Assembly: GCF_006345805.1 (NCBI RefSeq)
Contig: NC_043014.1
Span: 16,864,001-16,928,000, forward strand
Direction of reading: 5' to 3'
Length of the DNA stretch: 64,000 nucleotides
Origin: Octopus sinensis
Lineage: Eukaryota
Shown here: piece by piece, positions 52,801 through 64,000 of the stretch
Position numbering within the stretch: position 1 is the stretch's first letter
How the letters are laid out: each line of letters starts with the position of its first letter
Position numbers and translations under genes: made by a program
Notes under the pieces: generated by a model
Databases searched by the model: none
What the model was told of the DNA's origin: nothing
What the model saw: the letters and a program-made list of their open reading frames with translations, nothing else

Positions 52801-53909
52801 GTAGTGAAACTTGGGCTGTGACTGCTGAGGATTTGCGTAAGCTCGCAAGAAATGAAGCTAGTATGCTCCGATGGATGTGTAACGTCAGTGTTCATAATCG
52901 ACAGAGTGTAAGTACCTTGAGAGAAAAGTTGAACCTAAGAAGCATCAGTTGTTGTGTGCAAGAGAGACGTTTGCGCTGGTATGGTCATGTGATGAGAATG
53001 GCTGAAGGTAGTTGTGTGCGAAAGTGCCACACCCTAGCAGTTGAGGGGACCTGTGGAAGAGGTAGACCCAGGAAAACCTGGGTCGAGGTGGTGAAGCACG
53101 ACCTTTGAACTTTAGGTCTCACCAAGGAAATGACCAGAGACCGAGACCTTTGGAAGTATGCTGTGCGTGAGAAAACCCGGCAAGACCAGTGAGAACAGTC
53201 AAAATCAAAATCAAACCAAATCAATACATATATCAGAAAGCAGAACAAAATTGAGGTCGATCAAAATCAGGGCCCCCGTGCAGGTGACACGTAAAAGCAC
53301 CATCCGTTCGTGGCCGTTTGCCAGCCCTGTCTGGCCCCCGTGTCGGTGGCACGTAAAAGCACCATCCGCTCGTGTTCGTTGCCAGCCTCGCCTGGCCCCC
53401 GTGCCGGTGACACGTAAAAGCACCATACGTTCGTGGCCGTTTGCCAGCTCTGTCTGGCCCCCGTGCCGGTGACACGTAAAAGCACCATCCGTTTGTGGCC
53501 GTTTGCCAACCCTGTCTGGCCCCCGTGTCGGTGGCATGTAAAAGCACCATCTGTTTGTGTCCGTTGCCAGCCTCGCCTGGCCCCCGTGCCGGTGACACGT
53601 AAAAGCACCATCTGTTTCGTGGCTGTTTGCCAGCTCTGTCTGGCCCCCATGTTGGTGGCATGTAAAAGCACCATCCGCTCGTGTCCGTTGCCAGCCTCGC
53701 CTGGCCCCTGTGCGGGTGGCACGTAAAAAGCACCCACTACACTCACGGAGTGGTTGGCGTTAGGAAGGGCATCCAGCCGTAGAAACACTACCAGATCTGA
53801 CTGGGCATGATGAAGCCTTCCAGCTTCACAGACCCCAGTTGAACCGTCCAACCCATGCTAGCATGGAGGACGGACGCTAAATGATGATGATGATGATGAT
53901 GATGATGAT
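49860..53909 (+). mobile_element. RTE-clade LINE copy 2, inactivated
   Basis: Paralogous to copy 1; frameshifts near 51035, 52160, 52280 and 52345, stop at 51802; seven ~61-bp 3' units and (GAT)n tail. Confidence 0.95.
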
Positions 53910-55069
53910 AAATATATATATACATATATATATATATACATGTACCTACCCGTAATGTAATTCTCCGTTAGATTCAGCGTGACAGGGCTGGATCTTTGAA
54001 TTATGGCTATGATCCATCTGATGGGCTTCCTTACAGTTTCAATCATTGCCCAGGTATGGGTCTAACTAAGGCTGTTGTAAAAGACCCTGGGCTCCACAGA
54101 CACCCCACAGGGGGCTGGAACCCAGCACCTCCTGAATGGGAAGCAAATTTCTTAACTATTCAACAATGCTGTATGTCCACTTATTTTTATATACACAATG
54201 AGTATATACACACCATGTGCATATACATGATGTCTACATACACAACCATGCCTGTATACATCTATATCACACATCCATATACAGTATGTCTATTACATAC
54301 ACACACACAAACATATATATATATATATACACATATATACATATATCTATGCATACAGACATCTGTACTTATATATATCCACATCTCACATACATATCTG
54401 TATGCACACATATGTAACAGTAGATATACATACATATAGGCACACACACCTCTACGAGTAGAGTGAATAACATCAAGATAATGAAATGAAGGGGAGAGGC
54501 AAGGTAGGCTGTGTGTGTGTGTGTGTGTGAGTATATAAAGTAATAAATGTGTTGAAGGGTATAAAGTCATAGGTATATGCATGTGTGTGTGTGTGTGTAA
54601 TTGTATGAAGCTATAGATGAGTGTATAAGTGTGTCTATTGGGTGACTGTATATGTATGTGTGTAGACTGTGATCTACATTGTAATTACATGTGTATGTGT
54701 GTATATGTATATATGTGTAGTATATGCCTGAGTAAATGTATGAGGCATAGAGCATGAATGTATGTACATGTGTGTGAATGTAGGAAGTAGATGAGAATGT
54801 ATATATCTGTATGCATGTGTGTGTATAAAGCATAAGTGTACATGTATGTGTGTGTGTGTGTGTGAAGTGGCATGCTGGGATTTCAGTGTGTGACATGAGT
54901 TAATGTATTAATGGAGTGAGTGTGTGTATTGGTGCAGACCAGTGGTACCATGCTGGTGGTAGAGTGTGTAGATAGGTGGTGTACACTGTGTCCAAATATA
55001 TGTATGCATGTGTGTGTGTGTGTGTCCCCTTCCCCATCTTCATCTCTAAACAACATTAGAACTCATGGG

Positions 55070-55555
55070 GTGAATAATATCGAATCCAGCGGTAGTTCTT
55101 ACAATCATCATAGTAATAAGAACGCTGTATTAATATCGGAAACCAATCCCAATAGAATAAGGTTCTTATTTAGTAACTCCAAGATTAGAAACGCCATTTA
55201 CCAGTGCAGAGTTTATACTGATTCAGATGTCTACATTTATATCGGAGCTTCATCATCGAAATTGGCTGTTAGAATATCGAATCATTTTTCCACATTTCGT
55301 GATAAGGAAAAGCAGCACGCTACAGGACTAAGTAAATTAGTCTGGCGTTTGAAGAACGTGAATTCAACTTTTAGACTGGAATGGTCAATTTTATCGGTGT
55401 CTTTACCGTCTGATAAGGGCAAAAAAATCTGTGCCCTTTGTAACTTGGAACTCTTTCATATTCTGTTCGCCCGAGGGCACCTTGTTAACTCAATTGTGCA
55501 AAATTCTTTCAGATGCCCACACTGGAAACGGCATACATTTCTCTCATACCAATGA
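55070..55555 (+). mobile_element. Penelope-like GIY-YIG endonuclease fragment, open frame
   Basis: NAIYQCRV...YIYIGASS..LAVRISNHFSTF...TGLSKLVWRLK...CALCNLE...CPH. Confidence 0.85.
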
Positions 55556-56134
55556 AGTCTAATATAGTTAACCCCTTGATTTCCTAAGAAAATGAAAAAA
55601 ATTTGAATTAAATTTGTAAGGGGATATCACTCCCCTGTTAGTGTAAGAACTGCTAGTTGTCTAGGACAGCAGCACTGTAGCCTGCCATGACCATTGTTGA
55701 CAACCCCCCCTCTCTCTATCAACTGGTTACAGACGAACACACAGACACAGTCTTTTCTGTTGCTTGACCATTAATACCAGCTATATCTCTCTCCCTTGCT
55801 GCCTTCTAAACACACTGCCACACATACATAGACGCACACACACATACATGAAAGCAATTTCTCATACTCAAACACTCTAGCACTCATTCTTAAAACAATT
55901 CAAATATTAACACCAGTCATACAGAATACATTCACACTCTTTGATTTTCCTGTACTCCCCTTCTGTTAACCGGATTGTGACCTTGAATTATCTCAACGGA
56001 CTTTCTCGTCGGCTTTCACCCAGCCTGGCGTCAACGCATATTGATAGACATTTTGTGTCATTTATTCCATGGGCTCCTCGTGAGCGTTTGTCGAAAAGCT
56101 TGCTGTGCATTTTGTTGGAGAATTAAGTTCCTGG

Positions 56135-56220
56135 ATTTTCCTGAAGAGAAGGCTGCAAAATGGACTCCTTATTCAATCCGAATTAGGGACTTTGCAGCCT
56201 TTGAAACATATGTAGAAAAT
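56135..56220 (+). ncRNA. Type I hammerhead ribozyme, canonical core
   Basis: attttc CTGAAGA GAAGGCTGCAAA..TTTGCAGCCTTT GAAA C atat GTA GAAAAT; 6-bp helix I, 12-bp helix II; predicted cleavage after 56214. Confidence 0.85.
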
Positions 56221-57076
56221 AATAAAAAGGAATTTTGTTAAATCTTCGTTCAGCTCCATTTCTTCCTACACTAAATATATATATACATACATATATATTA
56301 ATATATATCCATGCCAGCATGGAAAATGGACGTTAAATGATGATGAAGATGATGATGATATACACACACACACACACTGAGATGTGTGAGTAGTTTTCTT
56401 TATGTGTAGGTTCGTAAATTTATGTATATCACTTATGCACATATATTATATACAAATTATATCACACGCACATATATTATATACAAAATAGGTACAAGTG
56501 TGTGTGTGAAGTGGAGGAGATGGTGGGTGTTGAGCATAAATCGAAACTAACTCACCACAAACTATTCATCATACATCACACACACACATATATCTGTGTG
56601 TGCGTGTGGTGGCTCTTATACAATGGTGAGATGGAGGTGGTGGTGGTGGTGGTGGTGGGGTGTCAGTGGAATTCTGTTCATTTGATGGAAAACACAGGAC
56701 TTTAACAACAACAACAACCAGGACAGCCAGAGAAATATTACTCCAACAGATTACATTAATTCATTTAGATAAGGTATTAATGCAGTGTTATGGAGATGAA
56801 TGCCGAGGGCCAAGGTTCAATTATTGTCAAAGTACTATTCATGCCTGTCCCCTCCTGGCTGGTCAGTTGTAAAGGCCAGTCCAGCTCAGCCCATCTGTTT
56901 CTAACATGACAGCTGAGAGAGTTACGGGTGGTGATGATGCTGGCCCCACTACCCCCACCCTTGCCACAACAACGACCAACTGAACATGTGATGTCAATGT
57001 CACTGCTGTTGACACAAATTGAAACAAGAAACTTTTAATAGATATATATATATATAAAGTTTCCATATATATATAT

Positions 57077-57119
<43 letters not shown>

Positions 57120-57142
57120 TATATATATATAATATATACATG

Positions 57143-57425
57143 AAGACGCTTGGCCTAGTGGTATGGGTTTTTCATTCATGATTGCTAGATCGTCGGTTCA
57201 ATTCCCAGATCGAGTGGTGCATTGTATTCTTGAGCAAAACACTTCATTTCACATTGCTCCAGTCCACTCAGCCATAAATGGGTAACTCTATGATGGACTA
57301 TCCTTCTGATCAGGGGGAATGTTGGCCTGCATGCCTAGCCAGTGGGGTGGCATCATTCGAAAGCTAAAACGATGCAAAGTGCATTGTGACCAGCGATGTA
57401 TAACATCCGATAGTCTGGTTGATCA
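57143..57425 (+). mobile_element. tRNA-derived SINE (paralogue of 5525-5800)
   Basis: tggcctagtgg A box, ggttcaattccc B box, shared 3' part. Confidence 0.8.
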
Positions 57426-57483
57426 CATATGTGTGTGTGTGTGGGTGTGTCTGTTTATACATGTATATATATATATATATATA

Positions 57484-57884
57484 CTAGCAGTATCGCCCGG
57501 CGTTGCTCGGGTTTGTAAGGGAAATAACTATATAAGCATTTTTAGAGAGTTATAGCCAAAAAATAGCAAAAAAATGCATTAAAAGTGGAAAAAAATGATG
57601 GTAAATTTTTTTTTAAATCGTTGACTCATCGTAGACATTTTTAGAGAGTTACTTCCCTTATATAATAGCGAAAAAATGCATTAAAATGGGAAAGAATGAT
57701 GGTAAATTTTTTTTTAAATCGTAGACTCTTCGTAGACGCGCGCTAATACCCAGAAGGGCTCGATATGAATCACAACTATAAGATACCCGCTTTTGGTTAA
57801 ACTGCACCGCAAAATGTGGGAGTAGTTAGGAATCTAAATCGTAGGAGACAGACACGCACACAACTTCACTTTTATATATAAAGA
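57484..57884 (-). mobile_element. Non-autonomous Helitron, family A
   Basis: Reverse complement of 4986-5377 with TC start, hairpin and CTAG end. Confidence 0.88.
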
Positions 57885-57984
57885 TATATATATAAATATG
57901 GATTCAAAGAATCAAACAGAGCTCACTGTTGCTCGAGAACATTCAATACAAGTGATATATACTGAGGAGGGGCATCTTTCTACA

Positions 57985-58395
57985 GGTTCTTAGAATTAAT
58001 GTTGCTGGATATGTTGAGATGCTGGAGACAGTTGTTAAGCCCTGTATGAATGAAGTATGCAGTGGAAGGCCATACATGTTTCAACAAGACTCAGCACATT
58101 CTCACAAAGTCCACGTAACCCAAGAATGGATGCCAGACAATCTTTACAATCATGTAACACCAAACTTGTGGCTGCCAAAGTCACCAGATTTAAATCCCAT
58201 GGACTACTATGTTAGGAGTGTTGTTGAAAGGGAGACTAATTGAGATCCTTGCAATATCATAGCTTCACTGAAAGCTGCCATTGTTCAGGTGTTGTCGGAA
58301 ATGAAATACGACCATTTAATAATGACAGCATGTCAAAGACACTGGTCCTGCATTCAAGCAGTCATCAAAACTGAAGGCAGATTCATATAATAATT
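57985..58395 (+). mobile_element. Tc1/mariner transposase remnant, DD37D (maT-type)
   Basis: FQQD...SPDLNPMD with 37 residues between the second and third Asp; decayed C-terminus to ~58390. Confidence 0.85.
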
Positions 58396-58573
58396 TGATG
58401 TGGAAGCTTATCTAGAACATGTGCACAATTTTTTGTGCAGCCACTCTTAGATACAGGATTCTCGACTCGACCACTTCTTAACACAAGACTCTCGAAGCAG
58501 CCGCTTCTTTAACAGCAGGATTATCGACGCAGCCGCTTCATATCAACAGGATTCTCAACATATATATATGTAT

Positions 58574-58671
<98 letters not shown>

Positions 58672-58748
58672 TGCAGCGTGGAAGGTGTTCATAAGCCATT
58701 TAAGAAACACACAAAAGCCGTTCGATTCACTTCAACATTTAAGTTTAA

Positions 58749-58798
58749 TTTGTCAAAATATTTTCGTCGCTAAAATCCGCGACCTGTTCACTGACAAA
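58749..58798 (-). ncRNA. Hammerhead ribozyme-like motif, G3-C8 core variant
   Basis: TTTGTCA GTGAACA g GTCGC ggatttta GCGAC GAA AATATT T TGACAAA. Confidence 0.6.
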
Positions 58799-60082
58799 GT
58801 CCGTGCTGCATCTAAGAAAGTAACAGTTAGTTCGTCATATATATGTACGTATGTATGTGTGTATGTATGTATACATGTGTGTATGTATGTACGTATGCAT
58901 GTACGTACATACGCCTGTGTATGCATGTATGTATGTATGTATGTATGTTGTATGTATGTATGTATGTATGTATGTATATATGTATGTGTGTGTATATGCA
59001 CGCACATACACTCTATAAAACATAAAGCTATAAACCTGTAGCGATGGATGGATGTGAAGCTAGAAAGTGATTTACGATGCTTACTCCCAAAACTATACCC
59101 TAAAATCTATTATCAGATCTATATCTCTATATCACAGAACTAATGTTTTACTATTGTGCGTATGTATGTATGTATGTATGTGCGTATGTATATATGTATG
59201 TATGTGCGTATGTATATATGTTGTATGTATGTATGTATGTATGTATGTATATATGTATGTGTGTGTATATGCACGCACATACACTCTATAAAACATAAAG
59301 CTATAAACCTGTAGCGATGGATGGATGTGAAGCTAGAAAGTGATTTACGATGCTTACTCCCAAAACTATACCCTAAAATCTATTATCAGATCTATATCTC
59401 TATATCACAGAACTAATGTTTTACTATTGTGCGTATGTATGTATGTATGTATGTGCGTATGTATATATGTATGTATGTGCGTATGTATATATGTATGTAT
59501 GTATGTATTTGTGTATGTATGTGTGTATGTACATACGTACGCATGTGCGTATGTATGTATCCGCGCTCGTATGCATGTGCCCATGTATGTGTGTGCGTAC
59601 ATGTACGTGCGTATGTACGTGTGTATGCCCATACGTAGGTATGCATGTATGTTTGTATTCATGTGCTACGTATGTATGTGAGTGCCTAGGAGAATGGGCC
59701 GACGTGTCAGTGTGTACATGTGTATGTGTATGTGAACGTATGTCCGTGTACTGGCATGTGTCCGTCCAAGTTGTGTACATGACTGTTACTTTGCTGAAGG
59801 TTGTATACATATTCACATATATGTTTGTATAGACGCACACACATACATATATATGTGTGGGTGTGTACAGGTCTACTGTATATCGAGCAGTCTCATAATG
59901 GAAGCCAACTATGACCACCACCACTGTTCTGTCTTCTAATGTATCTAGGACTACATTATCAATGTAGGATTCCTATTTGAGGGAGATGTGGCTGCTATTT
60001 TTAGCAAGTAGCTGAGAAACATCTGAGACCAATATACTGATCAACCCACAAAGTATTGTTGCTGGATCCTGGATATATACAT

Positions 60083-60137
<55 letters not shown>

Positions 60138-60359
60138 TAAACAGTAAAAATAATTACAGACATGGACAAGAACATGAAACACCACAGAGACGACACAAGA
60201 ACCACAGGACGGGACATTCGAAGCCCTCAGTCATCAGTCAAGAACCAGATCATCTTAGCAATTTCGGCTGATTAATCTTGAGATTGCTCCGATATGGCCA
60301 GCCAGCCAAGGACATCTAAGCCAAGCGCATTAGATCCCCTATATATATATATTACGGAG

Positions 60360-60445
<86 letters not shown>

Positions 60446-60544
60446 GGAGATGTGTATATATATATATATATTATATATATATATATCTATATATATATAT
60501 ATATATCTATATATATATATATAATATATATATATATTATATAT

Positions 60545-60577
<33 letters not shown>

Positions 60578-60717
60578 TACGGAGATGTACTCGCATAGCA
60601 AGTAATTTGATCTGAGATCGTGTGCTGAAACGAAAACAATTGCAGCGTGGAAGGTGTTTATAAGCCATTTAAGAAACACACAAAAGCCGTTCGATTCACT
60701 TCAACATTTAAGTTTAA

Positions 60718-60767
60718 TTTGTCAAAATATTTTCGTCGCTAAAATCCGCGACCTGTTCACTGACAAA
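60718..60767 (-). ncRNA. Hammerhead ribozyme-like motif, G3-C8 variant (duplicate)
   Basis: Identical to 58749-58798. Confidence 0.6.
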
Positions 60768-61619
60768 GTCCGTGCAGCATCTAAGAAAGTAATAGTTAGT
60801 TCGTTATATATATGTACGTATGTATGTGTGTATGTATGTATACATGTGTGTATGTATGTACGTATGCATGTACGTACATACGCCTGTGTATGTATGTATG
60901 TATGTATGTATGTATGTATGTGTGTATGTATGTATATATGTATGTGTGTGTATATGCACGCACATACACTCTATAAAACATAAAGCTATAAACCTGTAGC
61001 GATGGATGGATGTAGAGTGACCACTCATCACAAAGCTATCAAATTTCAACTTCCTACGGCCCGAAGCTAGAAAGTGATTTACGATGCTTACTCCCAAAAC
61101 TATACCCTAAAATCTATTATCAGATCTATATCTCTATATCACAGAACTAATGTTTTACTATTGTGCGTATGTATGTATGTATGTATGTATGCATGTATGT
61201 ATGTATGTATGTGCGTATGTATGTATGTATGTATGTATGTATGTATGTATGTATTTGTGTATGTATGTGTGTATGTACATACGTACGCATGTGCGTATGT
61301 ATGTATCCGCGCTCGTATGCATGTGCCCATGTATGTGTGTGCTTACATGTACGTGCGTATGTACGTGTGTATGCCCATACGTAGGTATGTATGTATGTTT
61401 GTATTCATGTGCTACGTATGTATGTGAGTGCCTAGGAGAATGGGCCGACGTGTCAGTGTGTACATGTGTATGTGTATGTGAACGTATGTCTGTGTACTGG
61501 CATGTGTCCGTCCAAGTTGTGTACATGACTGTTACTTTGCTGAAGGTTGTATACATATTCACATATATGTTTGTATAGACGCACACACATATATATATAT
61601 GTGTGGGTGTGTGTTTGTT

Positions 61620-63537
61620 CCTCTCATCATCGTCTAACCGTGAATGGGTACAACGCCTAAGTGCAACTGTACGTATCAAACAACGTCCACTCATACCGTT
61701 GTATATAACTGCACATACGCATTGCAACCTGTATGTAAGGACTACAGGTAAAAGGGAGAGAGAGAGAGGGGTGGTTATAGAATAGTCCTTCTGAATGGGA
61801 TCTGGATGTTACTCCATTCGGACTTTCGGTTGAGAGTAGGTTTGTATTCTTGTATACAAACAGCTTCTGTGACCTGTCTCAACATTGCATCGGTGGGATG
61901 TGTTGATAGGATGTTCAACTTAAGCTTCCCTAAGGATCCCTTGTGGCAGTCTACAGCATGTTGGTAGAAGATGGAGTTTGGCTTCCTTTCAATGTAGTTG
62001 TCCAGGTGTTCTTTGAACCTATCATTGATGCTTCTAGAAGTCTCACCTATGTATGACTCTGGGTTAGTAAGGACCTACTTAGCAGGATCCGCGAATGCAA
62101 CAACATGTGTGACCTCAAGAACTACATCGTGGGTAGCATGGATGTGGTATCACTATACCCCTCCATCGATGTAGACTTTGCTGTCGATAAATGTATAGAA
62201 ATAGTTAGTGAGAGTGGTATGATATTTAAGAATGTGGATGTATATGAACTAGGGCTCTTCCTGGCCCTGACGTGTACCAATGAATACCTGTCGCGCAATA
62301 ACCTTCTATATGCTTGTCCCACCTGTAACAAACGCGGTAGACCACCTACCATTACCTCAGCTTACAGGAAGACTCACTGTGAGCGCTGGCAGGGATGGAC
62401 AAAGCCGGACTACCCACCTTCAAGTGCACACGATATTAGAACCACCATCGCACATGCTATCGGTGTCAGCCTGAGATTTACGCTAAAAACACATATTTTT
62501 AAATTTGACAACAAACTGTATAAGCAAACGAAAGGCGGTGCTATTGGAGTGGGGATCGCCGGTGACGTTGCTAACCTCTTCATGGTATGGTGGGACAAGC
62601 GTTTTAAACAGTGCCTAGCAAACCGTAACATCCACTTGGCTATGTACTCTCGTTACGTCGACGACATTAACCTTGTTGTGAAATATAATACAGACACAGG
62701 TATGGGCCCTCTACCAAGTGAAGAACAGGTGATGACATCTATACAACACATAACTGACTCTATCCACAGCAATATAAAACTTACCATAGACTACCCCTCT
62801 AAACACCCCAGTAAACGATTACCCGTCCTAGATACTGAGCTATGGATGGAAGATGCTATGGTTAATGGTACCATTAAACCCTGTATACTCCACTCACACT
62901 ATCAGAAACCGATGGCTAATCCACTAGTAATCCGTAGTGACTCAGCTATGTCAGATACTGCCAAACTCAACATCCTAGTGGCAGACTTAGTTAGAGTAAT
63001 GAGGAATGTATCACCACTATGCCAACCACAAGAACGACAACAACACATCCAGCACTACATATTCCGAATGCAACACTCCGGATACACACAAGACGATAGA
63101 GTCAGAGTGTACAAAGGAGCGAAAGCTAGATTCGAACGCATTCTAAGGAACGACGAAAACGGTATATGCCCCCTGTACCGCAACAAGTTCTGGAATAGGT
63201 TAGAGAGGGACACCAACAAAAAGATGAGAAACGTTACTTGGTACGATAACAGGAGATTTCACGGAGTGATGTTCGTTGACGCCACACCTAAGAACGAGCT
63301 AAGTAAGGCATTCAAGAAAGTCCTGCGCACTACGGGCCTAAAAGTTAAAGTCGTAGAAAAGACAGGTAGGACTATCAAATCGGCATTATGCAGATCATAT
63401 CCATTTGATAGAATCACCTGTCAAAGTAATTGTGCAGTATGTTCGACAAACCCACATGTAAATGGTAAACCAAGGGCACTGTATACCAGATTAAGTGCCA
63501 GGAGGGAGCTTGCGCGACTAACAAAAATGAAAAGTCA
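61620..63537. mobile_element. Penelope-like retroelement, 5' truncated and internally inverted
   Basis: Plus: RT ORF from 62105 (MDVVSLYPSI, QTKGGAIG, RYVDDI) to VYQIKC. Minus 62056-61775: SYIGETSRS..RFKEH..LNRKSEW. Confidence 0.9.
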
Positions 63538-64000
63538 AGTCTGTGGGGTTGTTCAACAAGCTATAAACAGCAGTTAAATGTCCTTCAAAGCATATTGCAA
63601 TGATGGTGTTGATGATGATGTTCATCATATCAATGTCACCACCACCATCGCCCCTCCTCCTACCTCTGCCACCACCACCTCCACAAACATAAATCTTTGA
63701 TAATGTGATGAATTAAAAGCCTATATTAACAGATGTGGTGCTGGAAGTTTCCAGAGACTGGTCTCCATGAAGACAGAATGGTAAACCAAATTGATGGAGA
63801 GGGTGGTGGGAGATGTGGAAGGTGAGGGGAGGGAGTGAAATGGCTTTTAACTGAGAATGTTTTAGGGAGGCTGGAATAAAGTGCTTTAAAGAGTGGATAT
63901 ATTATATATATATATGTGAAAATCTTTATATAGATAGCCTGCACAGAGAGTCGTTCGTCGAGGGGCGGTGGCTGCCATACGTTGACAATAGGCAAACACC

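Larger units (their letters stand above)
58668..61610 (+). repeat. Near-identical direct duplication, offset 1969 bp at the left end
   Basis: 58668-59860 matches 60637-61610 apart from microsatellite lengths, a ~49-bp indel and a ~270-bp internal duplication in copy 1. Confidence 0.88.

Noticed and set aside
53274-53730. Regular ~61-bp units resembling a CRISPR array
   Set aside because: Units are whole-length tandem copies with no unique spacers, in a eukaryotic LINE 3' UTR.
56600-56760. Signal-peptide-like stretch SVGVIFLWLSWLLLLLKSC on the minus strand
   Set aside because: ATG (56756) is immediately followed by TAA, the Leu run is a (TTG)n microsatellite, and there is no convincing phase-1 donor.
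58437-58560. Four degenerate ~31-bp tandem units
   Set aside because: Short decayed minisatellite with no further structure.

Overview
AT-rich, microsatellite-dense animal DNA. The (TA)n/(CA)n load and the SINE, RTE, Helitron and Penelope families point to an Octopus genome (inference). One host gene is supported: a minus-strand FGFRL1/FGFR5-like receptor with 3 Ig domains, a TM helix, a short His-rich tail and no kinase. Five coding exons lie at 14.4-28.9 kb. I did not find the signal-peptide exon, and the Ig1 exon has a non-canonical donor (ATAAGT). The rest is mostly mobile DNA: two near full-length RTE LINEs, an RT-deleted BovB-like RTE, a four-unit quasi-palindromic Helitron array holding a RepHel fragment and a nested piggyBac, short Helitrons, Penelope-like pieces (one internally inverted), a DD37D mariner remnant and many SINEs. 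The most notable hidden signal is a set of type I hammerhead ribozyme motifs in at least four unrelated dispersed repeats. These include two canonical copies with covarying helices (34.1 and 56.2 kb), a G3-C8 swapped-core family (4.6, 58.8, 60.7 kb), and copies sitting inside fold-backs with their own antisense arm. All folds were read by eye and none has been tested.
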